In this document: positions 17,429 through 25,482 of the stretch, in pieces
Numbering within the stretch: position 1 is the stretch's first letter
Layout of the letters: every line of letters begins with the position of its first letter
Assembly: GCA_029856365.1 (NCBI GenBank)
Contig: JAHQWW010000047.1
Location: 1 to 25,482 of the forward strand
Origin: Candidatus Hodarchaeota archaeon
GTDB lineage: Archaea > Asgardarchaeota > Heimdallarchaeia > Hodarchaeales > Hodarchaeaceae
Direction of reading: 5' to 3'
DNA: 25,482 nt
Program-made: the position numbers and the translations under genes
Notes under the pieces: model-generated
Seen by the model: only the letters and a program-made list of their open reading frames with translations
The model's database searches: none
What the model was told of the DNA's origin: nothing

Positions 17429-18691
17429 TTATCTTTCATCATTAATGAGCTCTAGTAGTGCCTCGATCCTTGTCCATGCTTGTTCTTCACTAAAATTTCT
17501 GCTATCACACATATCTCCTTCGACAATGACACCAGGTCTACCAGTCTTCTCAGTCACCTCTCGACGTGTAATTGGCTGACCTAAAGAATATCTCTTGCAG
17601 CTTCTCATGGAATGGAATAAAACCCCATCACAATCGTAATCATTAACCAAGGTACTAATTAAATCAATTTTATGTTGAATAGTCTTATTTAGATAGATGT
17701 TCGAGTAAGTGACTGCGGCATCCCGCAATAAATCTTCCGTCTCGGCAAGTTGGTGACTCCACGCTTGCGTGTACGTATCAACAGGAAATACTACCCCCTT
17801 TGCAGAAAGTGAATTAAAGAACTCATATAGGTTAAACCAGATTGGAATATTGTCAAATAAAAACCGATAATTCTCTGGAACAGTGATCGCGCCAAGTCCT
17901 TCATCGACTCTTTGTTGAACCTCCGATAAGACCTCTTCATAAACTGGTACAATCTCTGGATCACCTCTCTGAGACACAACAGGGGCCATTAACAGGAATC
18001 TATCAGCACAATTCAATGGACTAGGCTTATTTTTACATAGATTTAATATTTGAGTCCATAATTCCACAGCTTGACGGGAATGATGCATTGTTTCTATCAT
18101 TGTTTCCTCATCCATTTTCCTCTTCATTTGTTCTTCGAGAAATTCAATATAATCCCCTAATTGAGAGGTTAAGTAATCAATATAATAATTGGGTATTGTA
18201 TCACCCAAAGGAGGAGTATCAAACAAGAACAAGGGAATATTGAATATACGTGACAAGTCTTGATACCATTTCAGTACAGTCCCACAAATGTTGTTTCCTG
18301 CAATCAACATATCAGGCCGCGCTAATCCTCCCATACCATCAATCTCAGATAAAGGGGTTGGAGGATCAGGAGAAAATACACTGCCAAAAGAAGTACGGGC
18401 GTACGCACAGAGGTCAGGGCTATACCCATGACTCTCTGCCACCTGACACAGGCGAGTAGAATCCTTTGCTGCTCCTGCTATAGCTCCATACTGTTCAGGA
18501 TAGAGAGGGACAATATCCATTGCAATCAAGAATTCCACAGGTGCACCAGAAGTTACCCAAGCTATCTTCTTCCCCTCATCATGGAGATAGGGATTTTTAC
18601 TCTGAAGATAATACATGGCTTGAGAGTTCTTAACGCTTTGAAGGCTTTCAAGGCGTCGATATACACGCTTCTTTTCTTTTTCAAAAGACAC
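17429..18691 (-). CDS. 2-hydroxyacyl-CoA dehydratase family subunit (HgdA/FldB/BcrB-like, Fe-S)
   Basis: PVEFLIAMDIVPLYPE, GYSPDLCAY, NNICGTVLKWY, HSMRSCK, EGDMCDSR, TRIEALLE. Confidence 0.88.
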   Translation of the reverse strand: MSFEKEKKRVYRRLESLQSVKNSQAMYYLQSKNPYLHDEGKKIAWVTSGAPVEFLIAMDIVPLYPEQYGAIAGAAKDSTRLCQVAESHGYSPDLCAYARTSFGSVFSPDPPTPLSEIDGMGGLARPDMLIAGNNICGTVLKWYQDLSRIFNIPLFLFDTPPLGDTIPNYYIDYLTSQLGDYIEFLEEQMKRKMDEETMIETMHHSRQAVELWTQILNLCKNKPSPLNCADRFLLMAPVVSQRGDPEIVPVYEEVLSEVQQRVDEGLGAITVPENYRFLFDNIPIWFNLYEFFNSLSAKGVVFPVDTYTQAWSHQLAETEDLLRDAAVTYSNIYLNKTIQHKIDLISTLVNDYDCDGVLFHSMRSCKRYSLGQPITRREVTEKTGRPGVIVEGDMCDSRNFSEEQAWTRIEALLELINDER

Positions 18692-18703
18692 AATGATTTT
18701 CTC

Positions 18704-19819
18704 CTAAGAAATCATTTCTATAAATGCCGAGAGACGTGTTTCTATCTGTTGTAGATTTGACAAATCAGGACTGGTCTCAAGATTTAGATAAGGAATATCA
18801 AGATCCTTCAGGTTATTTTGAATAGACACAAATTCAAACGTATCAGGATCACAAAATTTGATCCCAAGCAAGATGACACCATCAATCTGATGATTATGAA
18901 TCGAATTTTCTAAGCCTTTCCAACGCTTTTCCATATCAAAAGCAGTGGGATCAGGTGTTCTTTCTAGATATGCTTGAGCATACCCCTGTAAAAAGCTGCT
19001 TTGAGGCATTGTAAAATTAAAGTTACGTGTCCCAAAAGATAAATCATCAGTTACTAAATAATCAAAATCAGAAACATGTTCGAATAAAAGATAGTTATCA
19101 AACATTCCTCCAGTTAAAAGGAGACGAGGAGAATCAGGGATATCAGGTGGATTGGTAATCTCATTTTGGCTGATTTTCTTTTCTAAGTAGGAATTAACAG
19201 TCTCAATGGGAAGAGTATCTCCTAGAAGTAATAATTTAAAAAATTCATGATACCTCATTTTCCGCTCTGAAACCAAACTAGCTAATTTCTGAAGATTTAC
19301 GCGCTTTATATTAAATAATTTGATACTATTAGACAAAGTAAAACCATCAGGATTCTCAGGAAACTTTTGGGAAATATTTTGGATTAAAGTGTCGAACTCA
19401 TTTTGGAGATATTCAACAGCGGCTTCAGTATCTGTTAAAACAGGGAAAGTAAGATTGTACGTCCATTGTTCTGGAAAAACTTTTTTCCAGATGTCCGAGA
19501 GATTCTGAAGGGAATCACAAGTACCCGCAGAGAATATGAGTCCGTCAAAGGAAGCATAACCTTTATTGAGTCCAATGTCCATAATTTGGCGTAACCATGA
19601 GCAAGCAAATGTTTGAATGTATCTCTCTGAGGCTCCCTGAACTGATGAATTTATGGACAACATACGGATTGGATTAACGTTTAGTGCGTGCAGGATTTCG
19701 ACTGGAATTCGATTGGTGAAATATCCTAGTAGTGGCTTCCCCTGTTGTTGGATGACTTTTAATGATTCGGTATAGCCTTCCAGAAAGTAATGCGGGGTAT
19801 AATTAAAAATAAGATCCAT
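18704..19819 (-). CDS. 2-hydroxyacyl-CoA dehydratase family subunit (HgdB/FldC/BcrC-like)
   Basis: PVEILHA, FACSW, TCDSLQN, DDLSFGTRNF, KFCDPDTFE, QIETRLSAFIEMI. The start may lie upstream at 19888. Confidence 0.88.
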   Translation of the reverse strand: MDLIFNYTPHYFLEGYTESLKVIQQQGKPLLGYFTNRIPVEILHALNVNPIRMLSINSSVQGASERYIQTFACSWLRQIMDIGLNKGYASFDGLIFSAGTCDSLQNLSDIWKKVFPEQWTYNLTFPVLTDTEAAVEYLQNEFDTLIQNISQKFPENPDGFTLSNSIKLFNIKRVNLQKLASLVSERKMRYHEFFKLLLLGDTLPIETVNSYLEKKISQNEITNPPDIPDSPRLLLTGGMFDNYLLFEHVSDFDYLVTDDLSFGTRNFNFTMPQSSFLQGYAQAYLERTPDPTAFDMEKRWKGLENSIHNHQIDGVILLGIKFCDPDTFEFVSIQNNLKDLDIPYLNLETSPDLSNLQQIETRLSAFIEMIS

Positions 19820-19906
19820 ATCGTTTTGTGCTATTTGATCAACTTTTAATGTCTGATCAAGATCATCTGTTTTATTTATTTTTGTTATTCTAGATCACCT
19901 ATCTTT

Positions 19907-20710
19907 TTATTTCACTGACAGACCACCGTCTAATACAAGATACTGACCATTAATATTGGATGATGCATCTGACGCAAGGAAACAAACAGCTGCTTTTAAA
20001 TCAGTGGGAGTATTGAAACGTTTTGTTGGGATGGTTTCAATGAGAGTCTCTCTCACAGGGCTATCTTCATTGGTGAATACTTTTGCCATTGTATCTCCCT
20101 CTATGAATGAAGGAGCAATGGCATTAACGCGAATATTCCACTTACTCCATTCTATAGCCAGCTGACGAGTTAACCCTAAAACACCAGCTTTGGAAGCAGT
20201 ATACCCAATCTGACTACCAACTTCTACTCCTTGAAAAGCTAAGATACTACTAATGTTAATTATTGTACCTCCACCCTTGGGAATCATAAGTTGATTTGAA
20301 ACTTCACGAGTGAGGAGGAATAACCCTGTAAGATTAGTATCAATGACTCGATGCCAAGTTGCAAACGTTTGATCGATTGTTGGAGCGTTCCAAGTGACTC
20401 CTGCATTGTTAATTAATATGTCGATCTGATTTACATTATTTTTTATTTTCTGCACCATTGATTGAACTTGCGATTCATCAGAGACATCGCATTGGACACC
20501 AATAATCTTGGCATTAGTGAACAACTCAGATAATCGTTCCTGTTCATCTTCTACTGAACCATGTCTCCCACGACCACAAAAGATCAATGTATTAACTCCA
20601 GCTTCCAAAAGTCCTTCATTTATAACAGTACCTAACCCCTTAGCACCCCCAGAAACCAGTGCTACTTTATCAGTTAATTTGAACAGATCTAAGACATGTG
20701 TGGAATTCAT
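19907..20710 (-). CDS. Classical short-chain dehydrogenase/reductase
   Basis: SGGAKGLG, INNAG, NISS, YTASK, RVNAIAP, LDGG. Confidence 0.92.
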   Translation of the reverse strand: MNSTHVLDLFKLTDKVALVSGGAKGLGTVINEGLLEAGVNTLIFCGRGRHGSVEDEQERLSELFTNAKIIGVQCDVSDESQVQSMVQKIKNNVNQIDILINNAGVTWNAPTIDQTFATWHRVIDTNLTGLFLLTREVSNQLMIPKGGGTIINISSILAFQGVEVGSQIGYTASKAGVLGLTRQLAIEWSKWNIRVNAIAPSFIEGDTMAKVFTNEDSPVRETLIETIPTKRFNTPTDLKAAVCFLASDASSNINGQYLVLDGGLSVK

Positions 20711-21507
20711 TTTGAAATATAACCTCCGTCGACTGGAATAACTGTGCCAGTGATGTATGAACTTGCTTGTGACGCCAGAAAGACGACTGGCCCCTTCAAT
20801 TCCCCTGGTTTACCAAACCTCCCAAAAGGACTATCCTTCAGAAGAAATTCACGGTAAGGGCTATCTTCTCCCGTGAAATGACGGGTCATATAGGAGGGAA
20901 ACCAACTTGGAGCAATAGCATTCACACGGATTCCATAGGAAGCCCATTCAATTGCCAATTGCTTAGTTATGCCAATTACACCAGCCTTTGAAGCAGAATA
21001 AGCAGAAAGACCTATTTCTCCTCCTGTCATTCCAGATACACTCGTAATGTTAATTATGGAACCCCTAGCCCTTGGTATCATAAATTCTTTCGCTATTTCT
21101 CGTGTTACAATAAATAGTCCAGTTAAATTGGTTTCAATAACCATATTCCAGCGATCTAGGGGCATAGTCTCTGAATCATGGCCCCAAGAAACACCTGCGT
21201 TGTTAACAAGGATATCTACAATGAAATCTTTATCATGTAATGTCTGTACGAGGTGTATAACCTCTTCTTCGATGCTTACATCACATTTTTCTGCTAGAAC
21301 TTCAGGACCTATTTTTGAGAGTTGAGAAGATGCTTCCTCTAGTGACCCATGACGTCCACGTCCACAAATAGCTACAGCAGCGCCCGCCTCAGCTAACCCC
21401 TCAGCCATCGCAAAACCAATACCAGAAGCACCTCCAGTAACACATGCTTTTTTTCCTGACAGATCAAATAATTCCTTTATATTACTCAAAAACCTCACCA
21501 GTATCAT
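20707..21507 (-). CDS. Classical short-chain dehydrogenase/reductase, paralog of the downstream SDR
   Basis: TGGASGIG, VNNAG, YSASK, VDGG. ATGA overlap with the next SDR. The real start is probably TTG 21489, following a GGTGA SD. Confidence 0.92.
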   Translation of the reverse strand: MILVRFLSNIKELFDLSGKKACVTGGASGIGFAMAEGLAEAGAAVAICGRGRHGSLEEASSQLSKIGPEVLAEKCDVSIEEEVIHLVQTLHDKDFIVDILVNNAGVSWGHDSETMPLDRWNMVIETNLTGLFIVTREIAKEFMIPRARGSIINITSVSGMTGGEIGLSAYSASKAGVIGITKQLAIEWASYGIRVNAIAPSWFPSYMTRHFTGEDSPYREFLLKDSPFGRFGKPGELKGPVVFLASQASSYITGTVIPVDGGYISK

Positions 21508-21666
21508 GGTATGTCGTTCGTGATTCTAAGAGCTGTGGTGAATTAAACGTATTTTTTTTATTAAAATATTTATAATTATCGGGAATTAAATCTAATATAT
21601 ACTCAAAAGTTGTTAAAATCTGAAAATAATAGATTTAGAGGAGAGGAGAAACAAATGAGAATCCAA

Positions 21667-22764
21667 TCAAATATTTCGCTCTTTATCTTGCTGATAACTA
21701 AGAAGTAGCTTCCCCCAAACTCTGATCATACGTTCATCACGAGTAAGCTCCAAAGTTTCCTCGGTGCCAACATAAGTATCAAGAAGCGTCTCAACTGATA
21801 ATTGTGTTAATTTTTCTTCATTATATTGGAGGATCTCTTCTATTATCAAGTTCTTGATACCCAAGGACATATCTTTGAGTATTTTATAACTAGTACTAAA
21901 TAATTCCTTTTGAAAATCTTTCTGGAGGAGAAGATCGGAAACAAAACTAGTATCTATAGCCATGAAATACTTTTTGCCATAAATAAACCTAAGTTTTTGG
22001 ATCTCGGTTGAGCCAAAGCTGATGTACTTGGGTTTAGACTCGAAAAGCGAATGAATGAATCCAACAATAGCTGCAAAAAATCCAGCCCAAATTCCTTCTT
22101 TTGTCAAATTATATGATAAGGGTATTTCCCAACCTTCAAGATTGGCAATCATTGCCCAACCAGTCGGTGCGGTATAACTGGCTCGTTCAGCCTGTTTACG
22201 AAGATAATAATGCAATAATAAGCATTCTTCAAATGTGAGGATAGAGAAGTTACTCCCATATTCTCCAACAATCGAGTTTAACATGCCATCTTGAGCATAT
22301 CTTTCGTTAATATCAAGTATAATATCCTGAAAATCCTGTTCTATTCTTCTTTTGGTCTCAGGATCCGCATCAGTTACGCTATTAGCATATAGAATACTTG
22401 CTTGCCCAACTAGCACAGCTGTCATAATATCTTTAATATCAGCAGGGATTCCCCCTCCAGCTGTAATCAATAGTAAGGTCACAGCTGGATCAGATATAAT
22501 GAGAAAGAATTGGTCTTGTAATGAGACAATAAAGATTTCAGAAGTTTTCATTCCGCTATGTTTCCGTAGATCAAAATTAATACTCGCTATACCCTCTCCG
22601 AATAATTCTTTCCCTAAATTCCCTAAACCCATCAGAAAGTTGGAAACTACCTCTTTAAATTCGAAGCTCGGGTTACCAAAACTCCACCTAATGTCAGTAC
22701 CTTCAACAAAGAGTGCCCAATTCTCCAGTGCTGAATTTCCAAGTCTTCCCGGTCTTGCTTGCAT
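21667..22764 (-). CDS. Hypothetical protein with two internal longin/roadblock-like repeats
   Basis: Repeat 1 (aa ~16-92) WALFVEG..VVSNFLMGLGNLGKELFGEGIASINF..FFLIISD aligns by eye with repeat 2 (aa ~203-272) WAMIANLEG..IWAGFFAAIVGFIHSLFESKPKYISF..YFMAID. Confidence 0.65.
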   Translation of the reverse strand: MQARPGRLGNSALENWALFVEGTDIRWSFGNPSFEFKEVVSNFLMGLGNLGKELFGEGIASINFDLRKHSGMKTSEIFIVSLQDQFFLIISDPAVTLLLITAGGGIPADIKDIMTAVLVGQASILYANSVTDADPETKRRIEQDFQDIILDINERYAQDGMLNSIVGEYGSNFSILTFEECLLLHYYLRKQAERASYTAPTGWAMIANLEGWEIPLSYNLTKEGIWAGFFAAIVGFIHSLFESKPKYISFGSTEIQKLRFIYGKKYFMAIDTSFVSDLLLQKDFQKELFSTSYKILKDMSLGIKNLIIEEILQYNEEKLTQLSVETLLDTYVGTEETLELTRDERMIRVWGKLLLSYQQDKERNI

Positions 22765-22892
22765 TCAGAGCCCCTTTTAATAATCCCTTTAAATCCCTAA
22801 AAGTAGTTGTAAGTAAGAATAATTTCCCGACTTAAAAGATCTTTCTAATTTCACATCAATAGAATTGTTACCCAAGGAAGTTATTTAGCAGT

Positions 22893-23347
22893 TTTAAGTA
22901 TTATTTATCTTTTATTGGCATTATTTACTGTTTTTATATTTACAGCTTGGCTTATTCTACCTTTTTTTTCTTCAAATAAGATTATGACAACCTCTTAATT
23001 ATCGGTGTCTTTATAATTTTTCAATCTGGGTAATTTTTACCTTAAAATTTAATATTCAGGCTCAAGCAAAAAGGGCTTGGTTATTAATCACGGCAGCTAT
23101 TTTTTCATATGCGATCGGGGAATTATCCCAGATTTTACCTTAAGAATTAGAAAACCTATGTACAAGTGATTTATTTCAATTACTAGATTACATAATTTTT
23201 CTATTGGGTTCAGTGCTGCAATGGGGAATTTTTGAAATCCAAATTAAGAAAATTAAAATACTACTATTCGTAATTTTATGCTTAATCGCAATTTTATTGA
23301 TGTTAAATGTTTCCATGGGTAATTTTGACTTTATTATTGGTCAATAA
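22893..23347 (+). pseudogene. Decayed multi-pass membrane protein gene
   Basis: Hydrophobic reading broken by frameshifts and a TAA at 23141: ...SIWVIFTLKFNIQAQAKRAWLLITAAIFSYAIGELSQILP*ELENLCTSDLFQLLDYIIFLLGSVLQW...LLFVILCLIAILLML. Confidence 0.5.
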
Positions 23348-23538
23348 TAGGCTTTTAAATTGGCAACAGTTGAAAAAAGAAGATGTGTAACTTTTGATCA
23401 ACTTCAAAGAACGTTAGTAGGATCATTTTCTCTTTATTTTTTTGAAATAAAATTAATAATTTCAAAAAATTTTTATGCTAAAGCTTCATAATATAGTGAA
23501 GGTTTAATTGTATAATAGTGAGTAGAGTTGAGAGAAAA

Positions 23539-25482
23539 ATGAAAATAAACCCATTAATTTTACTTATTTTATTTTTATTCTCTAGTATATCAGCCTTTAA
23601 TATCACAAAGACTACTGATGATTTCACTAACGAAAAGATTAGTGTTCCTGAAACACCTAGAAATCCTACAAGTCTTGAGACTCCTGAAACTCCTACAGCA
23701 TCAGAGAGTATCAATAAGAAACCGCTAGAATGGTATTATGATAATTTGTCTCCTGATGACCGCAAAAATATCAGACAAGCCATGGATATGGCTATCCCAA
23801 GGGACGAAATTGTTCATGGAATAGCAGGAGGTTGGGGTGTGCGAGAAACAGCCACGCCAGTAGGGCCCCAATATTCTCCTGCATATGACCCGAGCATCCA
23901 AGCACGAGATTATACCATTTGGGGAGCTCTTGATCTTCTCGAACAGGTTTTTGGCTATCGATATGATTCGAACGCAAATGATGAAACCAGAGATCCCTAT
24001 TTTCAAATGACATTAATAGCTCCTACAAGCGACCTAGCGAGAACACAGTGGGCTGCATTAATCGCAAGATCATTTGGCCAAATTGGAATAGATGTTGATT
24101 TGAAGTGGTGGAATTGGAATATCTTAACACCTCGGATCTTTACTGATCCAACTGGTATTGGATTTGACTATAAACACGGAGGATATGATGCTTATTTAGT
24201 TGGTTATTCATCTACTTCAACTGGAGGAATGAACATCGATACTAAAGGTATAGACTTCAGCGATTTATTCACCAGTGGTAATTTTGCTCCTGATGGCGGG
24301 AATGCAGCCTGGATCGACAATGTCGAGGCTGATGACATTTGGGACAGAGCAATAAATTCAACAAGCATGGCAGAGCGGATACAAGCTTTAATGGACTTTC
24401 AAGCCTGGTTTTATGATAAGGTTCCTAAATCAATTGTCTTTCACAGTAAAGATGTTTATGTCATGGATTCTTCTTTGTCTGGTTTTGATCGACTTCATGG
24501 TCATAACTTTCAAAACTGGACTCTTGCTCAGACTGACTTAACCTATGTGCAACCCTTGAACTTTTCGAGTTTCAATCCGCTTTTTTCACTCCCAGCAACT
24601 TGGCATAGAGATCTTAGTGTCTCAGAAAATGTTCATGGGTCACTAACCAAGATAAGAGGTGAACATAATCTTACTCATCCAGTAGGCTTCCTCGCGGATT
24701 CATGGACCCATAGTCCTGACTACTTAACGTGGGATGTTACTCTCAAACAAGGAGTTTTATGGCACGATGGCACTGAGGTGACTGCTGAGGATGTCGTATA
24801 CACCTATAAAGCTGTCTTTAATGACACAATCGGAGTGGATAGTTACTTACGAGAAGTTATGACTGATATCTTTGGGGATGCGAGTAATATCGAACAATTA
24901 TCCACATACCAAGTAAGGTTTACATTACCCGATTTCCATCCCTTCGTAGAATCATTAGGATTTGGATTAACAATCCTACAAAAAGCACAAATGGAACTTA
25001 TCCCTCCAACAAGCTGGAGAGATCATGGTACTAACCTTGGAACAAAGCAGCTTCAGGGTTTTGGCCCCTATTACTTTGATGGATTTGACGGAAGTACTGT
25101 TACGCTTAGAAAAGCGAACACTTACAACGATCTGCGGATGGGACATGACCCAAGTGCGACTGGTGGCGGTATTTGGTGGCCTAATGCTTCTATCTCAACT
25201 GCTTATATCAAAGTTGTACCAGATCCAAAAGATGCCTTTGATAATTTGAAAACAGGGGCGTATGATGTTATTGATCATCTTATGGAGATTGAGCAGCACT
25301 ATAACACAATTGCTGCATCCACTTGGGGTAAAATAGTGGAAACACCTTCATGGGGTTGGCAAGAATTGACTTACAACCAGTATTCTCCTATCTGGGGAAT
25401 GAATCCCGAGGATCCACGCGTGATGTATCCTGACCCTTTGCCAGAACCTGTGAGTAATTTGGAATTGTATTATGATAACCTG
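23539..25482 (+). CDS. ABC transporter family-5 (Opp/Dpp-type) solute-binding protein, circularly permuted; partial (runs off the window end)
   Basis: Manual translation is open for 648 codons from ATG 23539. It shows signal peptide MKINPLILLILFLFSSISA, a P/T/E linker, IRQAMDMAIPRDEIV, QIGIDV, FNPL, LADSW, GVLWHDGTEVTAEDVVYTY, GFGPY and LKTGAYD. Confidence 0.9.
   Translation, partial: MKINPLILLILFLFSSISAFNITKTTDDFTNEKISVPETPRNPTSLETPETPTASESINKKPLEWYYDNLSPDDRKNIRQAMDMAIPRDEIVHGIAGGWGVRETATPVGPQYSPAYDPSIQARDYTIWGALDLLEQVFGYRYDSNANDETRDPYFQMTLIAPTSDLARTQWAALIARSFGQIGIDVDLKWWNWNILTPRIFTDPTGIGFDYKHGGYDAYLVGYSSTSTGGMNIDTKGIDFSDLFTSGNFAPDGGNAAWIDNVEADDIWDRAINSTSMAERIQALMDFQAWFYDKVPKSIVFHSKDVYVMDSSLSGFDRLHGHNFQNWTLAQTDLTYVQPLNFSSFNPLFSLPATWHRDLSVSENVHGSLTKIRGEHNLTHPVGFLADSWTHSPDYLTWDVTLKQGVLWHDGTEVTAEDVVYTYKAVFNDTIGVDSYLREVMTDIFGDASNIEQLSTYQVRFTLPDFHPFVESLGFGLTILQKAQMELIPPTSWRDHGTNLGTKQLQGFGPYYFDGFDGSTVTLRKANTYNDLRMGHDPSATGGGIWWPNASISTAYIKVVPDPKDAFDNLKTGAYDVIDHLMEIEQHYNTIAASTWGKIVETPSWGWQELTYNQYSPIWGMNPEDPRVMYPDPLPEPVSNLELYYDNL

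Noticed and set aside
13790-22780. Short ORFs nested in or antisense to the receptor, GTPase, dehydratase, SDR and tandem-longin genes
   Set aside because: They overlap well-supported genes and lack recognisable motifs.
23478-25249. ORFs 23478-23714, 23725-24006, 23792-24013 and 25025-25249
   Set aside because: All are shadows of the long plus-strand SBP frame starting at 23539.
1-25482. Eukaryotic origin or alternative genetic code
   Set aside because: No introns, operon-like overlaps and SD motifs are present, and TAA, TAG and TGA all end full-length conserved genes.

Overview
AT-rich, intron-less prokaryotic chromosomal segment. By inference it comes from an Asgard archaeon, most likely Heimdallarchaeia/Hodarchaeales-like: it has a Rab-like small GTPase, longin-like domains, GGTGA/GGAG Shine-Dalgarno sites and archaeal BRE/TATA-like promoters. 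The left half holds metabolic genes (saccharopine/lysine dehydrogenase family, threonine aldolase, MFS transporter, flavin-binding protein, oligoendopeptidase F, MsrB, GNAT) with several decayed gene remnants between them. The centre (about 10.5-17.4 kb) is the most interesting part: a possible divergent ESCRT-III/Snf7-like helical protein, a 4-Cys mini-protein, an interrupted hyper-acidic mini-ORF, and a 1624-aa receptor-like protein. The latter has a sequon-rich ectodomain with about 9 Ig-like repeats, a PGF-TM-basic segment and a cytoplasmic longin-like domain, and is followed directly by a Rab-like GTPase. The right part holds an SDR-SDR-2-hydroxyacyl-CoA dehydratase operon, a tandem-longin-like protein and a truncated, circularly permuted, apparently tandem-repeated family-5 ABC solute-binding protein missing from the ORF track. 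No rRNA, tRNA, CRISPR array or recognisable transposase was seen. All family assignments are from motif recognition by eye; no searches were run.
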